Shown: piece after piece, positions 1 through 9,893 of the stretch
Numbering within the stretch: the first letter of the stretch is position 1
Layout of the letters: every line of letters begins with the position of its first letter
DNA from: an uncultured virus (IMG/VR IMGVR_UViG_3300042406_002067)
Taxonomy: Duplodnaviria; Heunggongvirae; Uroviricota; Caudoviricetes
Reading direction: 5' to 3' (one strand)
Length of the DNA: 64,000 nucleotides
Virus record (IMG/VR): IMGVR_UViG_3300042406_002067
Program-made: the position numbers and the translations under genes
The notes under the pieces: generated by a model
Told to the model about the DNA's origin: nothing
What the model saw: only the letters and a program-made list of their open reading frames with translations
Databases searched by the model: none

Positions 1-2030
1 ACAACTGTTTTGTGGATTGGAATCCAACAGATGTAAAACAATTGGAAGGGCGTATTTGGAGGCAAGGAAACCTATACAATAGCGTGCGTATAGCTACTCC
101 ATTAATGGAGGATAGTATGGATATTTTTATCTTCCAAAAATTATCCGAAAAAACAGCACGTATTGCCGAAATTTGGGATAGCAATGGAGAAAGCAACACA
201 TTTAATTTGCAGGAATTTAACCCTTCCGAAATTAAATCGGCACTTATTTCCGATCCAATGGTATTGGCCGAATTGCAACTTATTGAGGACAAAGAAAAAA
301 TTGATGATGATATTCGTGGATTAAAAAACGAACAATCCAATATCGATAAAATAATTGAGGCAAAACAAACATTCGAAGCATATTTTAATGATTTTGATAA
401 ATATGTAGATGAATACCGACCTAAAAAAGAGGGCGAAACACGTAGTTTTGCTACTTTGCTTGGATTGGCAAATGGTGTAGTTAAAACACAATTGGATGCC
501 GAAGGCAAAAAAATGGAATACACATACAACCGTTCAAACAAAGAAGGCGTTGTTTATTCCGATAAATCACCTGCAGGAAAGCCTTATTATCAAGATAAAT
601 TGGTGCTTGCAAACAGAACTTTATTAAAAGCCGAAAAAGAATATTTAAAACCAAAAGGATTAACAATTGAAAAACTTCCTTTATACAAAGATTCTTTAAA
701 CGATAGAATTAAAGAGCTGGATGAATCAAAAGCAAAAATAACAAGCGAAGAAAACATTAAATTAAGAGCCGATTATATTGCTGCAGAGCGTGCTGCAAAT
801 AAAGTTGAATCTGTTGGAGCAATTGGGCGTGCAAAAGAATTTGAGCGATTAAATTATTTGCTTGACGATAAAGTTAAAAAATCCAAAAAACAAGAGCCAA
901 TTGCCATGGCTTGCCCACCATTGGACGAAAAAGGCGAACGCAGAATTGACAAAGAAGCAATAGAGCATTTAACCGTTTGTATTAACGCACAACCACAAAC
1001 AAAAGAACAAAATGTGGATAAGGATGGCGAATATACAGCCGAACGTAAAAAGCTACATGCAAAAATAAGAGAGGCATTCAAGCAAAATGCAACATGCATT
1101 AAGCAAGATAAACCAATTGCAATACTTACAGGTGGTGCACCAGGTTCGGGAAAATCACATTTCCTTAAAAATTATGCACCATACTTATTAAGCAAAAATA
1201 TTTTCCATATTGATGCCGATGAAGTTAGAGCACAATTGCCAGAGTACAAAGGATGGAATGCTTCCGCAACACATCACGAAACAAAAGATATTGTTGATGA
1301 ATTAATTGATGATATTGGAGGTAAATGCAAGTTCGATACCATTTACGATGGTACAATGAATAAAGCAAAAAAATACTACGAGCTTATTGATAAGTTAAAA
1401 TCAGTAGGATACGAAGTATTTATTATTTATATTGATGTTCCGCGCGAAGTAAGCGAAATGCGAGTTCTTGATCGCTACAAACGAAAAGGGCGTTTTGTTC
1501 CAATGGATGTAGTGCAGGAAGTATTTGATGCAGGCCATACCGCATTCGACCAAATTAAAAAAATGGTGAATGGATGGATACTTGTGGATGGCATGTCAGG
1601 ACAAGTAATGGAGCATGGTGGCGAAAAAATTCCACAAAACCGCGATTATGCAAAATTAACAGATACCATAAACTTTAAAAAGGAACAAAAACTAACGGAT
1701 GATAACCGCACCCGAAAAGTGAAAATTGCAAAAGCAAAAGCTGCAGCACAATCACAACGTATTCGTATTTTAGAATTGGATAAAATGGAGCAAGGCGGAT
1801 CTGTAAATGACTATAAATACAATTATAGAATGCTTGATAGGCTAAGGGCAGATAATGATTATTATTTAGGCAACGAAGGCAAAAGCAAGCATGTAAAGCA
1901 TTTGTGGGCAGGCAATGTAGAGGGACAAATAGCCGAAATGAAAAAATTGTGGAATCAGTTACCAGATAATAAAAAGCCCGAATGGTTAAGCATGGAGGAT
2001 ATTTTGGAATATGAACGTAAAATGAAATAG
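1..2030 (+). CDS. 5'-truncated polyvalent protein: SF2/SNF2 (DarB-like) helicase C-terminus + zeta-toxin-like P-loop kinase + C-terminal LPD11-like domain
   Basis: Frame open from the window start. DWNPTDVKQLEGRIWRQGN is helicase motif VI; GGAPGSGKS, IDADEVR and YDGTM fit the zeta family; YRMLDRLRADNDYYLG...LWAGNVEGQIAEMKKLWNQLP..KPEWLSMEDI resembles LPD11. Confidence 0.8.
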   Translation, partial: NCFVDWNPTDVKQLEGRIWRQGNLYNSVRIATPLMEDSMDIFIFQKLSEKTARIAEIWDSNGESNTFNLQEFNPSEIKSALISDPMVLAELQLIEDKEKIDDDIRGLKNEQSNIDKIIEAKQTFEAYFNDFDKYVDEYRPKKEGETRSFATLLGLANGVVKTQLDAEGKKMEYTYNRSNKEGVVYSDKSPAGKPYYQDKLVLANRTLLKAEKEYLKPKGLTIEKLPLYKDSLNDRIKELDESKAKITSEENIKLRADYIAAERAANKVESVGAIGRAKEFERLNYLLDDKVKKSKKQEPIAMACPPLDEKGERRIDKEAIEHLTVCINAQPQTKEQNVDKDGEYTAERKKLHAKIREAFKQNATCIKQDKPIAILTGGAPGSGKSHFLKNYAPYLLSKNIFHIDADEVRAQLPEYKGWNASATHHETKDIVDELIDDIGGKCKFDTIYDGTMNKAKKYYELIDKLKSVGYEVFIIYIDVPREVSEMRVLDRYKRKGRFVPMDVVQEVFDAGHTAFDQIKKMVNGWILVDGMSGQVMEHGGEKIPQNRDYAKLTDTINFKKEQKLTDDNRTRKVKIAKAKAAAQSQRIRILELDKMEQGGSVNDYKYNYRMLDRLRADNDYYLGNEGKSKHVKHLWAGNVEGQIAEMKKLWNQLPDNKKPEWLSMEDILEYERKMK

Positions 2031-2031
2031 C

Positions 2032-2307
2032 ATGACAACATCACAACGCATAGCAAAGCTGGAACCAAATACGCCTGTAAAATCATGGCGAAGCGATAAA
2101 AAGATGGTTGTGCTCGCTAAAAAGGGCAACAAAACCAAAGTAATACATTTTGGGCAAGTTGGCTATTCCGATTTCACCAAGCATAAAGATCCTTCGCGTA
2201 GAAAAAACTACTTAAAACGTAGTGCAGGAATCCGAAATGCAAAAGGGCAACTAACAAAAAACGATATTTTTTCGGCAAACTATTGGGCACGAAAAATATT
2301 ATGGTAA
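2032..2307 (+). CDS. small basic protein, DUF5754-like
   Basis: KK..V..IHFGQVGYSDFTKHKD..RRKNYLKR..SANYWARKILW pattern. Confidence 0.7.
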   Translation: MTTSQRIAKLEPNTPVKSWRSDKKMVVLAKKGNKTKVIHFGQVGYSDFTKHKDPSRRKNYLKRSAGIRNAKGQLTKNDIFSANYWARKILW

Positions 2308-2319
2308 ACAAAAATAATC

Positions 2320-2327
2320 TATATTTG
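2320..2327 (+). promoter_or_regulatory. Bacteroidota sigma70 -7 element
   Basis: TATATTTG in the intergenic gap upstream of ATG 2354. Confidence 0.55.
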
Positions 2328-2353
2328 CAAAACCAATAAAAAACAACAAAACA

Positions 2354-3487
2354 ATGTTAATAGACAAATACAACCGCATTTTAATTGATAAACTTCCTGC
2401 AAACATTGCTTCCGAAGTAAACCAAATAGCAGCCGATACCGATAATTTTTCCGATGAAGAATTGGTAGAAATTTATAAGGACAATTTTAACGATTTGTTC
2501 AAAATAATTGAATCAAAGCATCCAGAAGCATTAAAAGCTAAAAAAAAATTAGTTAAAAAGGCTTCCGAAAAAAAGAAAATTGTTAAAAAAGCCGAACCAA
2601 AGAAAAAATTGGTTAAAAAAGCAGGATTATACAATCCCAAAGAAGAAGAAACGCAAGACGAATCGGGAATTAAGCAATCTAAATTCAAATACAATGCAGA
2701 TGGATTAAGTGTTGAAGATGCTCGTTTTTTAATGGATGCATCCGAAGAAGATGATGCTGCAATACTTTTTGACGATGAACCACCGGCAAACGATGTGTAT
2801 TTTGATATAAATGAGTTTTCGCAAAAAAATAGAGGAAAAATTATACGAATAATTGGCTATAAAGCGTACGAAAGAATTATAAGGCCGGAAGATAAAAAAA
2901 AATTGATAAAAAAATCGGAACCAATTGGACCAACAGGCAAGGATATTGATTTATCAATGTTAGTTGGTAAAGAGTTGGAAGTTTATGAAGAAGGAGTAAA
3001 AGAGCCAAAAATAAAGAAAATTACACTCGCAAAAGTTGATGATGCTAAATTTTCCACACGTGCTGTTTATGTAAATGCATCTAAATCGCAATATGAATTT
3101 CCACTATCAAAATTAGAATCATTTTTGGAGGGCAAAGAAATTACACCCAAGCACGATGGTGATAAGTTAGTTATTGTTTTAAAAAACGCATCCGAAGTGG
3201 ATTGCGAAACAGCAATTGCCGAAGTAAAAGCAATACATGCAAAGCGCGAAGCTGCTGCTGCTAAACGTGCCGAAGCACCAAAAAAGAAAGTAACTACTGC
3301 AGCACGCGAAAAGCAAATCAAAACAATTGCATCCGTATTCAAAACAAAGGAATTTAAAGCCGACAAAACAAATGCACAAGGATTTGCAAAGGACCTTGTT
3401 GCCGTTTATAGCAAATACGGTTTAAAATCAATGGCCGAACAGCTCGAAAAAGATATTCAAGAGTTAATCGATACAAAATACAAATAA
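2354..3487 (+). CDS. hypothetical Lys-rich protein with repeated KKKL(V/I)KK motifs
   Basis: 377-aa ORF, A-rich start context. Confidence 0.75.
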   Translation: MLIDKYNRILIDKLPANIASEVNQIAADTDNFSDEELVEIYKDNFNDLFKIIESKHPEALKAKKKLVKKASEKKKIVKKAEPKKKLVKKAGLYNPKEEETQDESGIKQSKFKYNADGLSVEDARFLMDASEEDDAAILFDDEPPANDVYFDINEFSQKNRGKIIRIIGYKAYERIIRPEDKKKLIKKSEPIGPTGKDIDLSMLVGKELEVYEEGVKEPKIKKITLAKVDDAKFSTRAVYVNASKSQYEFPLSKLESFLEGKEITPKHDGDKLVIVLKNASEVDCETAIAEVKAIHAKREAAAAKRAEAPKKKVTTAAREKQIKTIASVFKTKEFKADKTNAQGFAKDLVAVYSKYGLKSMAEQLEKDIQELIDTKYK

Positions 3488-3505
3488 CAACTAAAACCCA
3501 AAAAA

Positions 3506-3940
3506 ATGGAACCAATTACAGCAATTCAAATATCATTAGGCGCAATAATAGTAATAGGATTATTGCTTTTTGTGGCTATTATTAAAATAGGCACAAATGA
3601 TAAAAAAATAATTGAGCAAGATCAATTAAATGCCATTAAGCACGAAATTGCATTTTATCCAATAAACGAACAAGTTCAATATTCCGATGTTGAAATTCGT
3701 TCTAAAATTGATGATTACACGCACATTAAAGCATATTTAGATGGTGCCGAATTGGATTGCTTGGAGGATTTTACAGTTACCACAATAGGTAATTTAGCTT
3801 ATATTGCATTGTTTTATGATGGCAAGGAATGCCGCGAAATAGCACATTCATATTTGCAAGGCTATAAAACATGGGTGCAACAGCACTTCCCTGCCGAATA
3901 CCAAAAATACATCGATACACATGGAGATAGCCGAAACTAA
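3506..3940 (+). CDS. hypothetical protein with N-terminal TM helix
   Basis: Hydrophobic N-terminus, operon context. Confidence 0.65.
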   Translation: MEPITAIQISLGAIIVIGLLLFVAIIKIGTNDKKIIEQDQLNAIKHEIAFYPINEQVQYSDVEIRSKIDDYTHIKAYLDGAELDCLEDFTVTTIGNLAYIALFYDGKECREIAHSYLQGYKTWVQQHFPAEYQKYIDTHGDSRN

Positions 3941-4154
3941 ACCCGAAACTATCCAGGAATACCAAAAAAGCCAAAATATTCGTGTATTGGATGTTTTGGT
4001 AATTGGTCCTGTAATGATTTATGCAGCATACAAAGCAAAGGAATTGCACCCAATTGTACGCATTGCATTAGCAATATTTGGCATATGCACCATTTACTAC
4101 AATGCTAAAAATTATGCAATAAACATTAAAAACAACCAAATTCTAAAAAATTAA
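3921..4154 (+). CDS. small two-TM membrane protein
   Basis: IRVLDVLVIGPVMIYAA and IALAIFGICTIYYN hydrophobic segments. Confidence 0.65.
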   Translation: MEIAETKPETIQEYQKSQNIRVLDVLVIGPVMIYAAYKAKELHPIVRIALAIFGICTIYYNAKNYAINIKNNQILKN

Positions 4155-4156
4155 AA

Positions 4157-5341
4157 ATGTACAACCAAAGCGGCATATATGGACCACCAAGCATTCCGCC
4201 ACCGCAACAATTTTTATTTATTGATAATGTGGATGATTTTCCGGTTGCTATCGCAGGAGTAATAACATTGCAAGATAATTACACTTACTTTATAACCAAA
4301 ACAGTTGATTTGAATGGAAGCCGTTTGGTTGCAGGTCAAAACACAACAATAATAGGCGGAAGTTCAGAAAATTGTAGGCTAAAAAGCACAGGGCTTTCTT
4401 CCGATGCATTGATAACATCAAATTATTCCTTGCCATTAAGAAACATTACTATTGAAGCACAAATAGCAATAGATTTAGATGCTACTTTATATTCAAACCA
4501 AGCATTAGATTGGTTGGGTGTTAATTTTACCGATTGCGCCACCGTTGGAACAGTTAAAGGATATACCAATTTTATAATGTCAGATTCGGCATTCTTAAAT
4601 AGCCAAGGAATCACATTCGATGGCACTATGGGAACAATAGGATTCTTTCAATGTTTGTTTGATTGTAGGGCATCTGGCACGGTAATTACAATACCTGCAA
4701 CAGCAATTATATCCAGAAGATTAAGGATTAATTATTCATCCTTTATTTGCTTATCGGGCGAAACCGCACTAAATGTAAGCACAAGTGCAACAATTCCGGT
4801 TGAAGGATATTTTTTAGATACAGTAAATTTTTCGGGAGGTGGAACATACACTACAGGGATTCAGTATTCCGACAATAAATCCGCATTTATTAATTGTAGA
4901 GGGATTTCAAATAGCGGATCAATTGCACAATACTATATGCAAGGAAACGCAACAGCAACTACCGTTTCGGCAACCAACACATTCTATAAAATTGCAGGAA
5001 CAACATCACCTGGTCAGTTTGTTGAAAAATTTACACTAACCAACAATAGAGCAACTTATGCAGGTGCGCTTGTTGGATTTTTTAAAATAACAGCAATTAT
5101 TACACTTACATCTGGTAGTAACAATGTTATTGCAGGGCGTGTAGCATTTAATGGAACCACTCTCAATTCATCACAAAGCAAAGCCACAGCAAACGGATCG
5201 GGTAGAGCAGAAAACATGGTGGTTAGCGATATTGTTCAATTACAAACTACAAATTACATAGAAATATTTTTATCAAACAATAGCGCAACTAACAACATAA
5301 CTGTTGAAGATATGAATGTAATTATTGAGCGATTGAATTAA
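4157..5341 (+). CDS. putative virion spike/fibre protein (beta-rich)
   Basis: Thr/Ser/Gly/Asn-rich; N-terminus MYNQSGIY resembles those of 22681 and 24214. Confidence 0.6.
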   Translation: MYNQSGIYGPPSIPPPQQFLFIDNVDDFPVAIAGVITLQDNYTYFITKTVDLNGSRLVAGQNTTIIGGSSENCRLKSTGLSSDALITSNYSLPLRNITIEAQIAIDLDATLYSNQALDWLGVNFTDCATVGTVKGYTNFIMSDSAFLNSQGITFDGTMGTIGFFQCLFDCRASGTVITIPATAIISRRLRINYSSFICLSGETALNVSTSATIPVEGYFLDTVNFSGGGTYTTGIQYSDNKSAFINCRGISNSGSIAQYYMQGNATATTVSATNTFYKIAGTTSPGQFVEKFTLTNNRATYAGALVGFFKITAIITLTSGSNNVIAGRVAFNGTTLNSSQSKATANGSGRAENMVVSDIVQLQTTNYIEIFLSNNSATNNITVEDMNVIIERLN

Positions 5342-5453
5342 AAAAATACTATATTCCCAAACAACACCCTAATATGTAATTTTGTAAAACACAAACAATA
5401 CTTTCCGAAAAAAACGGCCCAAAATAATTAAAATAAAAAAATATGCAAAAAAA

Positions 5454-5485
5454 TTTGCATTTCATAAAAAGACTTATTAATTTAG
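5454..5485 (+). promoter_or_regulatory. Bacteroidota-type promoter (variant)
   Basis: TTTG (5454-5457), 20-nt spacer, TAATTTAG (5478-5485). Confidence 0.45.
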
Positions 5486-5494
5486 CACCCATAA

Positions 5495-5755
5495 ATGACA
5501 GAGCAAGAGTTTAAAAATGCAGATGCTTATTTTGTTCAATCCAAAACAACACAGCATTATGTACATAATAATGGCGAATCGTTTTTTTATTTAAACTCAA
5601 ATATTGATGCACACGTGTTCCAGAGAGCACAAGCAATTGATTATATTAAACACAATTATACAAATGGCGATTACAAGGCTATTCATATTTCCGAAGCATT
5701 GCCATGCGATATAAATGTTAAAAATTTGCAATTTACAAACACACTAACTACATAA
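5495..5755 (+). CDS. hypothetical protein
   Basis: ORF directly after the promoter-like element. Confidence 0.6.
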   Translation: MTEQEFKNADAYFVQSKTTQHYVHNNGESFFYLNSNIDAHVFQRAQAIDYIKHNYTNGDYKAIHISEALPCDINVKNLQFTNTLTT

Positions 5756-5757
5756 TT

Positions 5758-6354
5758 ATGCTATTCGATTTCGAAAAAATATTAAAAGACAACGGTATTT
5801 CAGAAACAGATACCGATTTACCACGTGGAATTTTACGTAAAATTGAAAAGTTCCGTGCAATGCAATCTAAAATAACAGCCGATATTTCAATTGAGGATAA
5901 GCAAAAAATAGAGGCTGAATTGGATTCAATTGATGCCGATATTATGCAAACCCTTCCAGATTATTTTGAGATGGAGGACGAAGCCGAAACAATTGCAGCG
6001 CAAAAAAAGGCAGAACAGGATGCAGCACAAAAAAAGGCTGAAAAAGATGCAGCCAAAAAACATACAAAAGTAGCCGTTAAAAAAGTGGTTGCCGAAGATC
6101 AAACACAAAAAAAGGAAGCCGAAGCAAAGCAAGCACGTATTGCCGAATTAAGCAAGCCAGCATCCAACGATAAACAAGCCTTATCAAATTTATTTGAATT
6201 AGGCAAAACAACAGTTACAATAGCCGAACTTAAAAAAGCAGGCTTTAATACAGGATTTTTTGGCGAAATTGGACCAACAGGTTGCACCATTGGCGAATAT
6301 AAACTTTACCGTAAAGATGCAAGCGAAAGCGTATTTACATTGAGCAAAAAATAG
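5758..6354 (+). CDS. hypothetical protein with Ala/Lys/Glu-rich coiled-coil
   Basis: 198-aa ORF, AAQKKAE repeats. Confidence 0.7.
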   Translation: MLFDFEKILKDNGISETDTDLPRGILRKIEKFRAMQSKITADISIEDKQKIEAELDSIDADIMQTLPDYFEMEDEAETIAAQKKAEQDAAQKKAEKDAAKKHTKVAVKKVVAEDQTQKKEAEAKQARIAELSKPASNDKQALSNLFELGKTTVTIAELKKAGFNTGFFGEIGPTGCTIGEYKLYRKDASESVFTLSKK

Positions 6355-6384
6355 AATTATATTTTGAAAAAACCAAAATAAAGC

Positions 6385-6714
6385 ATGATTTTATACGTAA
6401 AAAATAACCAAGGCAAAGATATTCAAATAGCTATTAGTGGCGTTCAAACACGTAAAGATATGGCCGAAATGCATGGTGCTACTTTTTCAGCAGGTCCATC
6501 CGATACTACGTACCATGTATGTGATGTATATGCAAAAGAAAGCCCCGATACTACGTATGGAATGGGAGTGCTTGCAATTATTTTTAGCGCATTATTTACA
6601 AAAGATGCAATTATTGCAATTACATTTACATTTGCAATTATGGCTTTTACAAAATTATATTTTTGGTTGGATAAAAGAGCAGTACGCAAATTCAACGAAT
6701 CTACTTACATTTAA
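6385..6714 (+). CDS. hypothetical membrane protein
   Basis: Two C-terminal hydrophobic segments. Confidence 0.6.
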   Translation: MILYVKNNQGKDIQIAISGVQTRKDMAEMHGATFSAGPSDTTYHVCDVYAKESPDTTYGMGVLAIIFSALFTKDAIIAITFTFAIMAFTKLYFWLDKRAVRKFNESTYI

Positions 6715-6830
6715 TAAAATTACAACACGCATAAAAAAATAATGGGAACAGCATCAAGCTGATACTTGATAACTACTAAAAAATGGAAACCGGTAGGATA
6801 TAGCGCATATTAATATTCATTAATTTGCTT

Positions 6831-7271
6831 ATGTCAGAAAACAACCCACTATTGCGTATCAACAATGCAATTGATTCATTAATTGCTAAACATGGTAGCC
6901 AAAAATCGGCCGACCTTATTGAAGCACTTTCACTCGAAAGTAATCCACAGCTTCATTCAATCGATTTACAAAAATACATTATTGCACAAGTTGTTGAAAT
7001 TCATAAAATTCAACAAAAAAACCTTGCCGTTTCGCGTACCGAACCGTACAAAAAAGCACGTAAAACTTGTTTTTACCTGCTAAAAGTGCATTGCAACCTT
7101 TCTGCAGCAAAAATAAAAAGCAAATTTCCTAAATATCCATACACACGCAACCAAATAAGTGCGGATATTAAAAAAATGAAAAACATTGTTGATCTTCCTG
7201 CAATCGACAAAACCCACCATACCATTTACCAGCAAATAACAAACAATATTACCAAATTTAAACAACAATAA
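6831..7271 (+). CDS. putative DNA-binding protein with DnaA C-terminal-like HTH
   Basis: IIAQVVEIHKI...SRTEPYKKARKTCFYLLKVHCNLSAAKI resembles DnaA domain IV; ATG 6831 preferred over TTG 6825. Confidence 0.5.
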   Translation: MSENNPLLRINNAIDSLIAKHGSQKSADLIEALSLESNPQLHSIDLQKYIIAQVVEIHKIQQKNLAVSRTEPYKKARKTCFYLLKVHCNLSAAKIKSKFPKYPYTRNQISADIKKMKNIVDLPAIDKTHHTIYQQITNNITKFKQQ

Positions 7272-7272
7272 T

Positions 7273-8196
7273 ATGTCATATAAAAAACGTATCCCAAAAG
7301 CAAAGCAAACAGCAGAGCCACCAAAAACAGTAGAAGAAACACAAACAACAAAACAAACAGAAACAAGTCATAACGAATTCAGAAAAGGCATGGAAGAAGA
7401 ACTAAAAAAGAGCACACCTGTAGATAACCAAGTAGAATTGGAAGGTGGTGGAAAAATAAACATTTCAGAGGAACCATTTGCACGCCCAACCGTGGAGCGC
7501 GATTATACCGATGCAGGCGTAAATTCGCACAAAACAGCATCTACCGTAAATGATAAAGCCAAAGCAAATACAGCGCAGCCAAATCCAAATTCTCAAAACG
7601 TTAAAGATACAGCACCAGCAAATGATTTTGAGCCAACACCGCCTAACGATGAATTTGAACCAACACCACCAGGCGATGAAGATTATGCCCAAGAACACAT
7701 CGTAAACGAAGGTGGTGATGGAACAAGTCCATTTAACATTCCATCGGGTTCGGCAAACGATTTAATCGATTTTGGGCAAAAAGGATTAAACTACGCAATT
7801 GGTATTTTTGGTCCAATGCTCGTTGGAGTAAAATTGCACCGCGAATTTTATAATTTTAAAGGTGCCGTTGAACAAATTAAGGAGCAAAACGAAAAAAACA
7901 CCGAAAAAATAAAGTTTGATGATGAAGATATTGATATGATTCGCGAGCCATTGGTTGCCATGATGCAAGAAAAAGGCATCCGTGGATTAACAAATGGCGA
8001 AAAATTAGTAGTAGGATTATTAATGATCGGAGTTAAAAAAGCAAAAATAATTGTTGAAATCCGTAAAGAAAATAAAATTTTGGAAAACAATTTAATGGAT
8101 TTAATCCGTAGCCAAAGTCCTCAAAAAGCAGAACCAAAAGAAACTACCGAAGAAAAAGAAGAAAAAATTGAATTTGTAGAAGCAGAAGAAGCATAA
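7273..8196 (+). CDS. acidic low-complexity protein with C-terminal hydrophobic helices; possible packaging accessory
   Basis: Immediately upstream of the ATPase; FEPTPP tandem repeat. Confidence 0.55.
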   Translation: MSYKKRIPKAKQTAEPPKTVEETQTTKQTETSHNEFRKGMEEELKKSTPVDNQVELEGGGKINISEEPFARPTVERDYTDAGVNSHKTASTVNDKAKANTAQPNPNSQNVKDTAPANDFEPTPPNDEFEPTPPGDEDYAQEHIVNEGGDGTSPFNIPSGSANDLIDFGQKGLNYAIGIFGPMLVGVKLHREFYNFKGAVEQIKEQNEKNTEKIKFDDEDIDMIREPLVAMMQEKGIRGLTNGEKLVVGLLMIGVKKAKIIVEIRKENKILENNLMDLIRSQSPQKAEPKETTEEKEEKIEFVEAEEA

Positions 8197-8198
8197 AA

Positions 8199-9194
8199 AT
8201 GGAACAAAAGAAACCAACAAATAACCAAGCCCCAAAGGATAAAAATCCTGCAGCAAAAGTAGATGCAGCACCTAAATTCAAATTTGAATCAGAGGAATGT
8301 TTTTCTACTAGCGTAATTGGGCTTACAGGCGTTGGCAAAACGCATAAAAACATTGAGCAATGTAAATTGTACGCACAAACAATTCCAGGCGTTAAAAATG
8401 GTAGAAAAGTGCTTATTCTTAATTTCCAGAACGAAGATGGTTATGCAAAATTTAAAACATTGCCACCAACACCCGAAGCCATTCGAAAATTTGTTTCGCA
8501 AAAAACAATTGAGATACGCCAAATAACGCCAATTGATAGTGATGGTAGTGCCATGAATAGCAAGCGCAAAGTAGAAGTAATGAAGCATGTATTGGCCAAT
8601 TACCGAAACGGATTAGCCGTATTTGATGATATTGATGGATATGCTGCATTTGGAACATCCAGCGATAAAGATTTAGTAGGTAATTTGATGGGATTGCGCC
8701 ACCGTGGTTGTCATACCTTATTTGCTCACCAAGCATGGCGCAAAATGGGAGTAACCGAATGCGAAAACGTTCGTTTTATTCGCTTGCACAAAGGATTAGA
8801 TAGTCCGGAAAGTATGCCAGCCGATAAAAAGAATAATTTCGATATGAATTTGTTAATGATAGCACATTTTGCAGTAGAAGCGCAATATGCATTAGCAAAT
8901 GAATTGTACGAATCTCAAAAAATAACCAAGGAACAATGGTTAGGCGCAAAATCATATTGCATTTATATCGATCGTTGGAAACGAAAATTATTTCCAATAT
9001 CCGATAAAAACTTTGCTATTGCTTGCCGTAAATATATTTTGCATTATCCACGTGTAATACAAGATGAAATTACAGCAATGGTATTCGACCAAGAAATTAC
9101 ATCCTCACAACGCAAAAGCCCCGATGTACATTCAAAAGCAATACAACGATTAACCGAAAAATTTAAAAAAATGTATTTACCAAACAACAAATAA
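8199..9194 (+). CDS. A32/FtsK-HerA-type genome packaging ATPase
   Basis: Walker A VIGLTGVGKT, Walker B LAVFDDI, LRHRGCHTLFAHQ (arginine finger RH + Q sensor) as in A32/PRD1-P9-type ATPases. Confidence 0.75.
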   Translation: MEQKKPTNNQAPKDKNPAAKVDAAPKFKFESEECFSTSVIGLTGVGKTHKNIEQCKLYAQTIPGVKNGRKVLILNFQNEDGYAKFKTLPPTPEAIRKFVSQKTIEIRQITPIDSDGSAMNSKRKVEVMKHVLANYRNGLAVFDDIDGYAAFGTSSDKDLVGNLMGLRHRGCHTLFAHQAWRKMGVTECENVRFIRLHKGLDSPESMPADKKNNFDMNLLMIAHFAVEAQYALANELYESQKITKEQWLGAKSYCIYIDRWKRKLFPISDKNFAIACRKYILHYPRVIQDEITAMVFDQEITSSQRKSPDVHSKAIQRLTEKFKKMYLPNNK

Positions 9195-9206
9195 AAACCA
9201 TAAAAA

Positions 9207-9893
9207 ATGAAAAAAGGAACTTTAGTAAAATTTTTAGGATATGATCAATACAAACCATTGCAACGTACATATGTATATGGATTGCGTGGGGATATTGTTT
9301 TAATTGAGCATCCACAAGGATTATGTTCGGATGATGTAACTGTAAAAGCACATTTATTAAAACATTACAATTTAACAATTTCAAAAACACAATACTTTTT
9401 AGAAGTAAAGCCCGATGAATTAGTTCTATTGAATGCCGATGGAACCGAAGCTACAACACAATTACAAACAACATCACATGTTGAATTACCAAACTCCGAA
9501 ACGTTTGTGGATGAAGTAGTGAATATTCAAGTGCCCAAATCGTTTTTATTAAATGTAAAGCAGTATTTTGTTACTCAAAAGGAATCCATGGATCCAAATG
9601 CCGAAATGCCTGGAATACCAAAAATGTTTTCGAAAATGCTTAAATCGTTTATGTCCGAAAAACGAAACGAAGTGCTTGAATTATCCGATTACATGATAAG
9701 TTCAGTTGATTCCGCAATGCAAACAATTCAACAAGGCGAAGCAGAAACTACAGTACATGCCGAACCAATTGCAGATGCAAAAGCAATTGAACCTGCAGCA
9801 GTAATAGATAATACAATTGCACCAATTGAAACAGCACCCGAAACAGAAATAATTAAACCAGAACCCGAACCAATCCAACATCACCATGTTTAA
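9207..9893 (+). CDS. hypothetical protein
   Basis: 228-aa ORF in operon. Confidence 0.65.
   Translation: MKKGTLVKFLGYDQYKPLQRTYVYGLRGDIVLIEHPQGLCSDDVTVKAHLLKHYNLTISKTQYFLEVKPDELVLLNADGTEATTQLQTTSHVELPNSETFVDEVVNIQVPKSFLLNVKQYFVTQKESMDPNAEMPGIPKMFSKMLKSFMSEKRNEVLELSDYMISSVDSAMQTIQQGEAETTVHAEPIADAKAIEPAAVIDNTIAPIETAPETEIIKPEPEPIQHHHV

Noticed and set aside
8199..9194. ATPase as a terminase large subunit
   Set aside because: Too short, no nuclease domain, and the motif order fits the A32/FtsK-HerA type
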